From the IMG/VR virus record IMGVR_UViG_3300019378_000501: a DNA stretch of 64,000 nucleotides; one strand, written 5' to 3'. Below, piece after piece: positions 10,468-19,868 of this stretch. The notes under the pieces were generated by a model. The model saw nothing but the letters and a program-made list of their open reading frames with translations, searched no databases and had not been told where the DNA came from. The stretch comes from an uncultured virus (IMG/VR IMGVR_UViG_3300019378_000501). Taxonomy: Duplodnaviria; Heunggongvirae; Uroviricota; Caudoviricetes. Position 1 is the first letter of the stretch. The number at the start of each line of letters is the position of its first letter. The position numbers and the translations under genes are program-made.

Positions 10468-10492
10468 TCTATTTTTGAGGAGGCAAATCAAA

Positions 10493-10942
10493 ATGGCAGA
10501 TTTCACCATTACCCATCGCGTTGAGGCTCCGGCGCTGGTCGAAGCTATCAACAACCTTGCGGCGGCTCTGAGTAAGGCCCTTGCACCCGTTTCTCCCGTC
10601 AACATGACTGCGCCCGCCCCTGAAAACGCGGCTGCACAGTCCGCGCCTGCGCCCGTGGTAAACCCTACCACCCCGGCCCCTGTTTCCTCTGTGAGCGCGC
10701 CCACCCCTGCGGCCACTCCCGCTGCCCCGGTAGCTGCGGCTGCGCCCTCTCCCGGTGCTGAGGCAAAAGCTGTCACCTTCGACGACATCGTTTCTGCCGG
10801 TTCTCAGCTTCTCGATGCGGGCCGTATGACCGATCTCATGGGACTGCTGAAAGGCTTCGGCGTACAGGCCATTACCCAGCTCAAGCCTGAGCAGTTCAAC
10901 GACGTTGCGGTTGCTCTGAGAGGACTGGGCGCGAAGATCTAA
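10493..10942 (+). CDS. Ala/Pro-rich phage protein
   Basis: GAGGAGG RBS; low-complexity linker with a C-terminal domain of the kind often found upstream of DUF2800 genes. Confidence 0.7.
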   Translation: MADFTITHRVEAPALVEAINNLAAALSKALAPVSPVNMTAPAPENAAAQSAPAPVVNPTTPAPVSSVSAPTPAATPAAPVAAAAPSPGAEAKAVTFDDIVSAGSQLLDAGRMTDLMGLLKGFGVQAITQLKPEQFNDVAVALRGLGAKI

Positions 10943-10957
10943 CGGGAGGTGCGGAAG

Positions 10958-12175
10958 ATGGCAACACCTAAAGCACACGCCACCGTTACCGCCTCTGGCT
11001 ATGAACGGTGGTCGCATTGCACCGCCGCCCCTCGTTATGAGGAACAGTTTCCCAGTGAATCGTCGGTTTACGCAGACGAAGGAACCCTCGCACATAGCGT
11101 GTGTGAGTTGTACGGCCAAAAGAAATTCTCCGTAATGACTACCCGGAAGTTCAATGCCGAACTGAAAAAGCTCAAGGCAAATCCGCTCTGGCAGGATGAA
11201 ATGATTAAGACCGCTGAGGCTTATGTTGATTTCCTCACTGAAAAGGCGAACACATTTGAGCGTACCCCCAAGGTCATGTTTGAGGTTCGCGTGGATCTTT
11301 CCGAGTATATCCCGGAGGGCTTCGGCACTTGTGACAACGCTATGGTCGGCGACGACACGCTGCGGATCACCGACTACAAGCACGGCAAGGGCGTTAAGGT
11401 ATCCGCGATCAACAACGGCCAAATGCGGCTCTACGCGTTGGGCGTGTTGAAGATGCTGTATCCCATCTACGGCGACACGATTAAGCGCGTTTGCACGGCA
11501 ATCGTTCAACCTCGCATCTCTGAGGAAGTCGAGGAAGAATGGCTGACTGTGGAGGAACTGAAAGCGTGGGGCGAAAACGAGGCCAAGCCGAAAGCACAGG
11601 CCGCATATTTCGGACTGGGTACTTTCTGCGCCGGTGAGTGGTGTCGGTTCTGTCGTGGCAAGGCTGAGTGTCGCGCCCGCGCAGAATACTACGCAGGCTT
11701 CTCCCAGTATGTCGGCACTATCCCCGAAGGTCTGGCAGAACAGGAGGACGCTACACCCGGCGAAAACATCACGATCCTGTCTGATACGGAAGTCGCGGAG
11801 CTGCTGCGGTCGGCGCAGGGCTTGGTCGGATGGTACGAGGATTTGCAGAACTATGCCCGTGATGCGATTCTCTCTGGCCGGGAGATCCCCGGTTGGAAAG
11901 TTGTAGAGGGCCGCAAAGTCCGCGCGTTTAAGGATGGGGACAAAGCCCTTGACATCATGCGCGGTGCCGGATACGACGACGCTGTTCTGTATGAACGCAA
12001 GCCCTTGACCCTTGCCCAGCTTGAAAAGTTGACCGGCAAGAAACGGTTTGCGGAGCTGATGGACGGCGAAATCATGTGGCCGCCCGGTAAACCGACGTTG
12101 ACCACGTTCGACGACAAGCGCGAGGCGTACTCGCCTGTCGGCCCCGGTGAATTTGCAGGTGTCTCCAATGAGTAA
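10958..12175 (+). CDS. DUF2800 family PD-(D/E)XK (Cas4-like) nuclease
   Basis: EGTLAH, FGTCD, DYKHGKG, QMRLYALG, WCRFCRGKAEC. Confidence 0.85.
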   Translation: MATPKAHATVTASGYERWSHCTAAPRYEEQFPSESSVYADEGTLAHSVCELYGQKKFSVMTTRKFNAELKKLKANPLWQDEMIKTAEAYVDFLTEKANTFERTPKVMFEVRVDLSEYIPEGFGTCDNAMVGDDTLRITDYKHGKGVKVSAINNGQMRLYALGVLKMLYPIYGDTIKRVCTAIVQPRISEEVEEEWLTVEELKAWGENEAKPKAQAAYFGLGTFCAGEWCRFCRGKAECRARAEYYAGFSQYVGTIPEGLAEQEDATPGENITILSDTEVAELLRSAQGLVGWYEDLQNYARDAILSGREIPGWKVVEGRKVRAFKDGDKALDIMRGAGYDDAVLYERKPLTLAQLEKLTGKKRFAELMDGEIMWPPGKPTLTTFDDKREAYSPVGPGEFAGVSNE

Positions 12176-12647
12176 CGACCTCGTAATTGTTATTCGTTGC
12201 TTTGACAACTGCGTCTACCGGCTCGCGTATCCTGCGTTTTTCTTGGAGGCAAAGAAACCCGCAGTGCGCAAAATCTTACGGTATCTCTACGAGTTCGATT
12301 GGAAAAACACCGAGACGATTGCTGTTGTCGAGCGTGAGTTTCCTCAGTTCGTAGATACCGTCAAAGCCCTCGGCAATGAACGGGTGTCTGAGTTTGAGCG
12401 GCGTTTACAGGAATGTGTCGAGGATTATGAGCGCGACTTCCTTGATCCTGACCCGGCAACGTTCCCGTCCGATTGGCCCGCTGTGAAAAAGCGCGCCGAA
12501 ATCAAATCCCGCAAAGAATGGAACACGCCTCGTATGCAGCGGGTGAAAAACGCAAAAGTGAATCTCGAACAAGCGAAGAAGCAAGCAAAGAAAGACCTTG
12601 AACGCGCCAAAGAGGTCTACGAAATCTATCTCGCCGAAAAACGGTAA
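12168..12647 (+). CDS. Hypothetical phage protein
   Basis: ORF overlapping the upstream stop, in operon. Confidence 0.65.
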   Translation: MSNDLVIVIRCFDNCVYRLAYPAFFLEAKKPAVRKILRYLYEFDWKNTETIAVVEREFPQFVDTVKALGNERVSEFERRLQECVEDYERDFLDPDPATFPSDWPAVKKRAEIKSRKEWNTPRMQRVKNAKVNLEQAKKQAKKDLERAKEVYEIYLAEKR

Positions 12648-12668
12648 CTTTGAAAGGAGAATATCTCT

Positions 12669-13283
12669 ATGTACATGAATCAGGCAAACAAGTCCCTCAC
12701 TGGTGAAGTCCGGCTGTCCTATGTCCATCTGGCAGCTCCCTACGTCAATCCTCAGCAGCCTAACGCCGACCCTAAGTACAGCGTGACCCTGCTGATCCCC
12801 AAGTCCGACGTGACCACCAAGACCGATCTGGACAACTCCATCAATGCAGCGATTAACGCAGCAGTCAACGGCAAGTCTTGGAAGGGCGTTCGTCCTCCCA
12901 TCATCCCCATTCCCATCCATGACGGCGACGGCGTAAAGCAGGACGGCACTGCTTACGGCCCTGAGTGCAAGGGCCATTGGGTTATGACCGCCTCCCGCCG
13001 CCCTCAGGACGGTAAGCCTTGGGTTTGCGACATCTCCAATCCCAACGTCGAGCTGGCCCCTCAGGACAGCTACAGCGGTATGTACGCCCGTTGCACCGTA
13101 CATTTCTTCGGCTACAACACTGCCGGTAAGAAGGGTATCGGTTGCAGTCTGGACGGCGTTATGAAAACCCGCGACGGCGAATCTCTGGGCGGCGCGGTTA
13201 AGCCTACTGCGAACGAGTTCGCTCAGTTCGCTCAGAATGACGCGCAGCCTCAGATTAACCCCCTGACTGGTCTGCCCATGTAA
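12669..13283 (+). CDS. DUF2815 family ssDNA-binding protein
   Basis: VRLSYVHL, KYSVTLLIPK, PIHDGD, YSGMYAR, KTRDGESLGG. Confidence 0.85.
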   Translation: MYMNQANKSLTGEVRLSYVHLAAPYVNPQQPNADPKYSVTLLIPKSDVTTKTDLDNSINAAINAAVNGKSWKGVRPPIIPIPIHDGDGVKQDGTAYGPECKGHWVMTASRRPQDGKPWVCDISNPNVELAPQDSYSGMYARCTVHFFGYNTAGKKGIGCSLDGVMKTRDGESLGGAVKPTANEFAQFAQNDAQPQINPLTGLPM

Positions 13284-13351
13284 TCGAGATCCGGGCAGGC
13301 AAAGCTACACGAGAAGCAATGCCTGCCCGGATGTTCTTTGGAGGCTAAAAT

Positions 13352-15352
13352 ATGCACAGACTGAGTATCGACCTTGAAACGTATTCCAGTATTCCCATTG
13401 CGAAAGCTGGCGCGTTTCGTTACGTCGACAGCGATGATTTTGAAATACTGCTGTTTGCTTATTCACTTGACGGAGGCCCTGTCAATGTGATCGACGTGGC
13501 AAGCGGCGAAACCGTCCCTGATTGGCTCACATCCGCTTTACATGACCCGGAATACATCAAGTCGGCTTACAATGCGGCGTTTGAATTTGGCTGTCTGAGC
13601 AAGGTCTACGGCCCCATGCACCCGGAGCAGTGGCGCGACACGATGTTGCACGGCCTGTATGCCGGATATACTGCGGGCCTCGATGCTACGGGCCGCGCGC
13701 TGGGCTTGCCAGAGGACAAGCAGAAGTTGAACACCGGCAAGGCGCTGATCCGATATTTCTGCGTCCCATGTAAGGCGACCAAAGCGAACGGAGGCCGAAC
13801 CCGAAACCTCCCGCACCACGATCCTGACAAGTGGCAGCTTTTCAAGGACTACAATGCGCAGGACGTTGTTACAGAGATGGAAATTGCAAAGCGGCTGTCC
13901 GCTTTCCCGGTTCCCGATTTTGTGCAGCGACAGTGGGAAACGGATCTGCGCATCAACACGCGCGGCGTTGCCGTAGATATGGAATTTACGCGCGGCGCGC
14001 TTTATGTGGGCGATGTTGTTTCTAAGGAACTGACCGACGAAGCTATCAGCATTTCAGGGTTGGACAACCCCAACAGTGTTAAGCAGCTTATGGGCTGGCT
14101 GAACACCGAAACCGCCGACGGCGTTTCCGTGGAAAACCTGCGGAAAGAAACGGTAACGGATCTGTTGGCTGTCGGAGGCCACAGTGAGGCAGTACAACGA
14201 ATGTTGGAAATCCGGCAGGAGCTTGGCAAGACTTCTACAAAAAAGTACGACGCTATCGAATCTTGCGTGTGTTCCGATGGCCGGGTACGCGGGTTGTTGC
14301 AGTTCTACGGAGCAAACCGTACCGGCAGATGGGCGGGCCGTCTGGTGCAGGTGCAGAACCTCCCCCGGACGTACATAGGTCATTTGGACATGGCTCGCAA
14401 TTTTGTGAAGCAGCACAAAAAGGAGCATCTGCGCATGGTCTACGGAAATGTATCCGATACCCTGTCGCAGTTGATCCGAACGGCGTTGACCGCTACACCG
14501 GGCAATGTGCTGATTGACGCGGACTTTTCGGCAATCGAAGCTCGCGTGATTGCATGGCTCGCCGACGAGAAGTGGCGACTGGACGTGTTCAACACCACCG
14601 GCAAGATCTACGAAGCGTCCGCAGCCATGATTTATAACGTCCCTGTAGAAACCATTGTCAAAGGACATCCCAACTACGCTCTGCGACAGCGCGGTAAGGT
14701 TGCTGAACTGGCACTGGGTTATCAGGGCGGCGTAGGAGCTATGCGTCGTATGGACGTTTCCCATGCGCTGGATGATATGTCTGACGACGAAGTGCAGGAG
14801 ATCGTAAACAACTGGCGAAACGCAAGCAGCCGTATCCGGGATCTTTGGTACGACATGGAGAACGCGGCGCTTGAGGTTATCTCTTATGGCGGCTCCCGGC
14901 AGGTGCGTTGCTTAACCTTGGCTCGTGAGTATGACATCATGCAGGGAACGCCGGTGCTTTCGATCCGGCTACCTTCTGGGCGCAAACTCTATTACATCAA
15001 TCCGCAGCTCACAGAAAATCGGTGGGGCGCACCGTCCATCTCTTACATGGGCGTTGACCAGACCTCTAAAAAGTGGAAACCCATTGAAACCTACGGTGGT
15101 AAGCTGGTGGAGAACTGTGTTCAGGCAATCGCGCGCGATTGCTTGGCCGAAGCTATCGAGAATCTGGAACGCAACGGCTTTCCTATCGTGTTCCATGTTC
15201 ACGACGAAGTGGTGATCGACGTAAAGCGATTTGCTGACGACGAAACCATGTTGGAGAAAGTTAAATCTATTATGGCCGCTCCTATTCCGTGGGCGCAGGG
15301 CTTGCCCCTCAACGCCGACGGTTGGGTCGGAGACTTCTTTAAGAAGGATTAA
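13352..15352 (+). CDS. Phage family A DNA polymerase
   Basis: SIDLETYS exo motif, RTGRWAGR, DFSAIEARV (motif A), RQRGKVAELALGY (B), HVHDE (C). Confidence 0.93.
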   Translation: MHRLSIDLETYSSIPIAKAGAFRYVDSDDFEILLFAYSLDGGPVNVIDVASGETVPDWLTSALHDPEYIKSAYNAAFEFGCLSKVYGPMHPEQWRDTMLHGLYAGYTAGLDATGRALGLPEDKQKLNTGKALIRYFCVPCKATKANGGRTRNLPHHDPDKWQLFKDYNAQDVVTEMEIAKRLSAFPVPDFVQRQWETDLRINTRGVAVDMEFTRGALYVGDVVSKELTDEAISISGLDNPNSVKQLMGWLNTETADGVSVENLRKETVTDLLAVGGHSEAVQRMLEIRQELGKTSTKKYDAIESCVCSDGRVRGLLQFYGANRTGRWAGRLVQVQNLPRTYIGHLDMARNFVKQHKKEHLRMVYGNVSDTLSQLIRTALTATPGNVLIDADFSAIEARVIAWLADEKWRLDVFNTTGKIYEASAAMIYNVPVETIVKGHPNYALRQRGKVAELALGYQGGVGAMRRMDVSHALDDMSDDEVQEIVNNWRNASSRIRDLWYDMENAALEVISYGGSRQVRCLTLAREYDIMQGTPVLSIRLPSGRKLYYINPQLTENRWGAPSISYMGVDQTSKKWKPIETYGGKLVENCVQAIARDCLAEAIENLERNGFPIVFHVHDEVVIDVKRFADDETMLEKVKSIMAAPIPWAQGLPLNADGWVGDFFKKD

Positions 15353-15369
15353 GAAAGGACACGCGAAAA

Positions 15370-15675
15370 ATGAAAAAAGGAAAATCGATTATCGTTACCG
15401 TTTTGGTTGCCGCAATGTTGGCAGTCATTGACTGCTGTTTTTACGTCCTGTGCGTTCCCGCCTTTGCTGTTTTAACTGGGGCGTTCGTGCTTTATGGCTA
15501 CGTCCACTGGGCTGCTGACTTTTGCCGTTGGATGCGCAAAGTCGAACCCGAAGCAAAGCACCTTGCGCCTCAGCAGGGCGGTGAGGTTTACGACTGGGCG
15601 AAAGACGAAGCCCCGGATCAGCACGACCCCGAAAAGAGTGAATCTCTTATGCGCGTACTGAGCGAGGACATCTAA
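15370..15675 (+). CDS. Membrane hypothetical protein
   Basis: Two N-terminal hydrophobic segments. Confidence 0.6.
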   Translation: MKKGKSIIVTVLVAAMLAVIDCCFYVLCVPAFAVLTGAFVLYGYVHWAADFCRWMRKVEPEAKHLAPQQGGEVYDWAKDEAPDQHDPEKSESLMRVLSEDI

Positions 15676-15693
15676 AACACGGAGGTCTTTACC

Positions 15694-16038
15694 ATGAAAT
15701 GTACTGTATGCGGAACTGAGTTTCCCGCAATTCGGGAGAGACACTACATCTCCCGCAATCTTACCAAGACCGGCGTTGCCGCCGCATTTTCTTCTACTGA
15801 CGAGCCTGAGATCTTCGACAGCTTCGATTGTCCGAATTGCGGCTGTCAGGCTATTGCACAGACGAGAAAGCGCGATTTCATTCCCTGTGACTGCTGTGAC
15901 GAAGATCTGCTTGAGGATGTGGACAACAGCACGCTTGCGGCCCATTTAGGAATCACCGAGCGGCAGTTGGAAACCATTTACGCCGCCAAAGCAGAGGGCA
16001 GACGGCTCCATATCGGAAAGGAAGGTAAGCACAAATGA
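15694..16038 (+). CDS. Zn-ribbon hypothetical protein
   Basis: CTVC...CPNC; GGAGG RBS. Confidence 0.65.
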   Translation: MKCTVCGTEFPAIRERHYISRNLTKTGVAAAFSSTDEPEIFDSFDCPNCGCQAIAQTRKRDFIPCDCCDEDLLEDVDNSTLAAHLGITERQLETIYAAKAEGRRLHIGKEGKHK

Positions 16039-16670
16039 AAATCATTAAACCCGGTTTCGAGTTTATCACGCCTATCAACGGCGAAGTGATCCTGTCCCGC
16101 ATTGAACAGTGCGGCAGAGTTTGTTACAAATCCGAGGGCAAGATCAAAGACGGCAGCGCAGAAGCGTTCTGTCGTGGTCTTATTAAGCGCGGGCATGAGG
16201 CCGTGTTGGAGCATTGCAGCTTCACAGTTAAGTTCATCGTCGACCGCGGCGTTTCTCACGAGATCGTGCGTCACCGTCTGGCAGCCTATTGTCAGGAAAG
16301 CACCCGCTATTGCAACTACAGCAAGGGTGAGTTCGGCGGCGAAATTACGGTCATTGAGCCGCTGTTCTTTGCCGAAGGTACGGCAGGCTACCGTATGTGG
16401 AAAGGCGCTTGCGAGCGTGCTGAGGTCGCGTATTTCGATCTGTTGAACGAGGGTTACACCCCGCAGCAGGCCCGCGCGGTTCTCCCCAACAGCCTGAAAA
16501 CTGAGGTCGTTATGACCGCCAACATCCGCGAGTGGCGACACTTCTTTAAGCTGCGTTGCTCCGAGGCCGCGCACCCGCAGATCCGCGAGGTAGCTACACA
16601 ACTGCTGAGAGCGACCCGCGAAAAGATCCCTGTCCTGTTCGACGACATCTTCCCTGAGGTGGGCGCATGA
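16035..16670 (+). CDS. thyX: FAD-dependent thymidylate synthase
   Basis: GHEAVLEH, RGVSHEIVRHR...QESTRY, ARAVLP, N.REWRHFFKLR. Confidence 0.93.
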   Translation: MKIIKPGFEFITPINGEVILSRIEQCGRVCYKSEGKIKDGSAEAFCRGLIKRGHEAVLEHCSFTVKFIVDRGVSHEIVRHRLAAYCQESTRYCNYSKGEFGGEITVIEPLFFAEGTAGYRMWKGACERAEVAYFDLLNEGYTPQQARAVLPNSLKTEVVMTANIREWRHFFKLRCSEAAHPQIREVATQLLRATREKIPVLFDDIFPEVGA

Positions 16671-17011
16671 GCGGCGGTCACTTCGAGTATCTGGACAGCC
16701 AGTTAAAGTCAGAAATCTTCGGTTGGGACGACCGCCCGCGCAACGCTTTTGAGGATCGTGAGATCTCCGAGTTGGTGTGGGACGTTCTGAACCTGATCCA
16801 CGACTACGACTGGTACAGATCCGGCGACACCTGCAAAGAAACTTGGCTCAAGAAAAAAGCTGAGTTCAAAAAGAAATGGTTTGGCGGCAACCGTGGCGTT
16901 CGCGTGAGACGGATCGTGGACACAGTTCTGGCCGAAGCCAAACAGGAACTTTATGAAACCTACGGTTTGGAGCAAGACGCTCCCGGAGAAAGTGAGGTAG
17001 ACAATGGCTAA
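16667..17011 (+). CDS. Hypothetical phage protein
   Basis: ATGA-coupled ORF. Confidence 0.65.
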   Translation: MSGGHFEYLDSQLKSEIFGWDDRPRNAFEDREISELVWDVLNLIHDYDWYRSGDTCKETWLKKKAEFKKKWFGGNRGVRVRRIVDTVLAEAKQELYETYGLEQDAPGESEVDNG

Positions 17012-17166
17012 GATGCTTATTTCGATCATGTTCGCCGTGCTGGGTGTTATCCTCACGCTTGGCTGTGTCGGAGAGAAGGACTACCAGAACAAAAAGCTGT
17101 ACGCAGTTGTGGCGTTTGCTCTGTTTGTCCTGCTGCTGGTGAGCGTGATCGTATGAGGAGAACCGA

Positions 17167-17496
17167 ATGAAAATCCGTATTTTGGATTCTGAATGGTCGG
17201 TCATTGAACGCTCAGAGGCAGATGATCCCCGATTAAAAGAGTGCGACGGCTATTGCGATTGGACGACCCGCGAAATTGTCGTGGAGCGCGAAATCACAGG
17301 AACCCTTGGCGACATGGACAACTATGTACGCAAAGTGAAGCGCCACGAGATCGTACACGCGTTTTTAACAGAGTGCGGTTTGCACGAGTGTTCCGGCGCG
17401 ACCGACGCTTGGGCCTTAAACGAAACCATGGTCGACTGGTTTGCCCGCATGGGCGCAAAAATCTATAAAGCGTGGCAGGATGCAGACGCGATTTAA
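17167..17496 (+). CDS. HExxH-motif phage protein
   Basis: RHEIVHAFL...NETMVDWFA. Confidence 0.65.
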   Translation: MKIRILDSEWSVIERSEADDPRLKECDGYCDWTTREIVVEREITGTLGDMDNYVRKVKRHEIVHAFLTECGLHECSGATDAWALNETMVDWFARMGAKIYKAWQDADAI

Positions 17497-17508
17497 GGAG
17501 AAACAGTT

Positions 17509-17877
17509 ATGAACAGACCTGAAATTCTGGATACCGCAAAGAAGTGTGTTTGCGGTCAGCGTGAACAGGATTACGGCAAGCCGGAGGATAATTTCAGCAC
17601 CATCGGTCTGCTGTGGGGCGTTTATCTGAGAGCTGCCCACCCTCAGTTGCAGACGGTCATGGGCGCAAACGCTATTACGCCCAAGGACGTGGCTATGATG
17701 ATGGCCCTGCTGAAAGTGGCTCGTATTGCTACCGGCGACACCCCGGACAGCTTTGTGGATCTGGCTGGGTATGCAGCTTGCGCGGGCGAGATAGCTACAC
17801 AGGACGCAGCGACGGATCTGAAACTGCCCAGCGTCCCGGCCCACGTTGTCGCGAACATGGCTGCGCGAGGCAGATAA
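17509..17877 (+). CDS. DUF6378-like protein
   Basis: R..DYG.PEDNF..I..LW, DVAMMMALLKVAR, DSFVDLAGYAAC. Confidence 0.7.
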   Translation: MNRPEILDTAKKCVCGQREQDYGKPEDNFSTIGLLWGVYLRAAHPQLQTVMGANAITPKDVAMMMALLKVARIATGDTPDSFVDLAGYAACAGEIATQDAATDLKLPSVPAHVVANMAARGR

Positions 17878-18611
17878 TGAGGTACGTCGCAAGTTGCTCA
17901 TTTGGCAAAGACAGTGTTGCCACGGTGATCCTTGCGAAAATACATAATGAACCACTGGACGAAGTTGTGTATTGCGAGGTTATGTTTGACGAGCGCACTT
18001 CCGCAGAAGTGCCGGAACACGCAGAGTTCATCCATAATGTCGCAATACCGACTTTTGAATCTTGGGGGATAAAAGTAACGGTGTTGCGCGCTCCCGGAAA
18101 GCATTTCATTGAGCGCTTCAACCATCGTGTGGGCAGCGGCCCGCACACGGGTAAAATTTGGGCTTGGCCGCTTTGTGGCCGGTGTTATGTCCAACGTGAT
18201 TTGAAAGTACGACCCATTGAGAGATGGAAACGGAGTATTGACAAAGACACGGTACAATACTTGGGCATCGCGACGGACGAACAAGATCGGCTTATGCGGC
18301 TCGACGGCGTGCAAAAAATCTCCCTCTTAGACAAGTATGGGTTGACAGAGGAAGATGCAAAACAACTCTGTAAAGATTGGGGCCTGCTATCCCCGGTTTA
18401 CGAGTTTACGGAGCGGGGGGGGTGTTTCTTTTGCCCCAACGCGAAGGACGACGAGCTGAGGCATCTGTGCGAACATCACCCCGAACTGTGGTTGTCATTA
18501 CGTCTACTGCAAGGGCAGCCGGATAAAACGACCGAACGTTGGAACCGCACTGAGACATTTTTCGACGTAGATAAACGAATAAGGAGGGCAATCAAAGATG
18601 ATCGCTGTTGA
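17877..18611 (+). CDS. Phosphoadenosine phosphosulfate reductase family protein
   Basis: SCSFGKDS PP-loop; RGGCFFCP; true start taken at MRYVAS. Confidence 0.8.
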   Translation: MRYVASCSFGKDSVATVILAKIHNEPLDEVVYCEVMFDERTSAEVPEHAEFIHNVAIPTFESWGIKVTVLRAPGKHFIERFNHRVGSGPHTGKIWAWPLCGRCYVQRDLKVRPIERWKRSIDKDTVQYLGIATDEQDRLMRLDGVQKISLLDKYGLTEEDAKQLCKDWGLLSPVYEFTERGGCFFCPNAKDDELRHLCEHHPELWLSLRLLQGQPDKTTERWNRTETFFDVDKRIRRAIKDDRC

Positions 18612-18787
18612 AAAGCTGAATGGCGAAATCACGACTTTCGAGGACGTGAAGGAGCCTCAGGCAGACGAAAAAGCATCCGACACCCACGAACCCGTTAAGT
18701 GTGGTTGTATTTCCTGCGGCGGTAGAGAGATCCCGGCAGACGATATTGAAACCCGACGGAAGATCGAGCGCTACAGGAAGAAATATC

Positions 18788-19147
18788 ATGGGTAAAGGTG
18801 CAAGACAGCGCGCACAGCGCCAAAAAGAAGAATCTGAATACAAGCTGACCGGGCCACAACGTAAGGCCATGAACAAGGAAATCAACGCCCAAATCCTTGA
18901 AAAAGATATGGGGTACTACTTCGACATGGACGCTGCGGTTTTATGGGTACTGCATCGAAAGTTCGGTTTTGGGAAAAAGCGGTTGCGCCGATTTTTCGAG
19001 GAGTTCGCTGCATCTCACGAGGAGCTGCGGCAGTATTACGAGTTGGACGACGACGATAACGGCATCTGGCTATGTAGAAAACAGCTCAAGAAGTACGGCG
19101 TGGACGTAGAGGCTTGGGAAAAGGAGAATATGCAAAATGGAAAATAA
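18788..19147 (+). CDS. Hypothetical phage protein
   Basis: LHRKFGFGKKRLRRF motif common in Firmicutes phages. Confidence 0.6.
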   Translation: MGKGARQRAQRQKEESEYKLTGPQRKAMNKEINAQILEKDMGYYFDMDAAVLWVLHRKFGFGKKRLRRFFEEFAASHEELRQYYELDDDDNGIWLCRKQLKKYGVDVEAWEKENMQNGK

Positions 19148-19532
19148 TAAACCCTTGACCGTGACCGAACTGGTTCAGGAGGCCCACGGTAACGCCGTCA
19201 AGCACGGCTTTTGGGACGAACCACCTGAGTTTGGTACGTCTATCGCCCTAATTCACTCCGAACTGTCCGAGGCTCTGGAAGAAGTTCGGGCAGGAAACCG
19301 TATTCGCCCCGGTGAGCCTACCCCGGCTGTATATTACAGCGGCGGCGGTTACGTCGCTACGGCCCCTACCGCTTGCGCGAAGAAGCCCGAAGGATACGCT
19401 ATGGAACTGGCTGACGCGGTTATCAGAATCGCGGATCTGTGCGGATATATGGAAATCGATCTCGAAGCAGTGATCCGGGAGAAGATGGAATACAACGCTA
19501 CACGACCTTACAAACACGGTAAGAAGTTTTGA
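19137..19532 (+). CDS. MazG-like NTP pyrophosphohydrolase
   Basis: LIHSELSEALEE...ELADAVIR...KMEYN..R.YKHGK. Confidence 0.75.
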   Translation: MENNKPLTVTELVQEAHGNAVKHGFWDEPPEFGTSIALIHSELSEALEEVRAGNRIRPGEPTPAVYYSGGGYVATAPTACAKKPEGYAMELADAVIRIADLCGYMEIDLEAVIREKMEYNATRPYKHGKKF

Positions 19533-19542
19533 GGATGATCCG

Positions 19543-19752
19543 ATGGCTGAGTACGATATGAAACGAAATGCGGAGGGCTACGTCGATCCTACCGCATACG
19601 CCGCGCTGAAATCTATCGCGCGTGATGAAAAAGTGGAAAAGAAAGCTGCTTATGTCATTTCAATCATAAAATTCATCGCGAAAGAATCTGGTTTCGAGTT
19701 GATGAACCGTATTGAATTGAGGCACAAACAGTCTGGACGTACTTTCCGTTAA
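19543..19752 (+). CDS. Hypothetical phage protein
   Basis: NAEGY.DPTAY motif. Confidence 0.6.
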   Translation: MAEYDMKRNAEGYVDPTAYAALKSIARDEKVEKKAAYVISIIKFIAKESGFELMNRIELRHKQSGRTFR

Positions 19753-19766
19753 AAACTTTTTGCTCA

Positions 19767-19828
19767 GTCAAAGGCTCTTGACCGACAAGGGCCTTTGACC
19801 TATAATAAAGTAGTCAAAAGAAATTGAC
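19767..19828 (+). promoter_or_regulatory. Operator-covered promoter of the primase gene
   Basis: TTGACC(19778)-17-TATAAT(19801) with operator-like sites at 19767, 19784, 19813. Confidence 0.8.
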
Positions 19829-19868
19829 CGCCCCTGCTGGCACGAGCGAGGGGGGGGGAGGACAACCT

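Noticed and set aside
10958..12175. Cas4-like nuclease as a CRISPR component
   Set aside because: Sits in the usual DUF2800-DUF2815-PolA phage replication module
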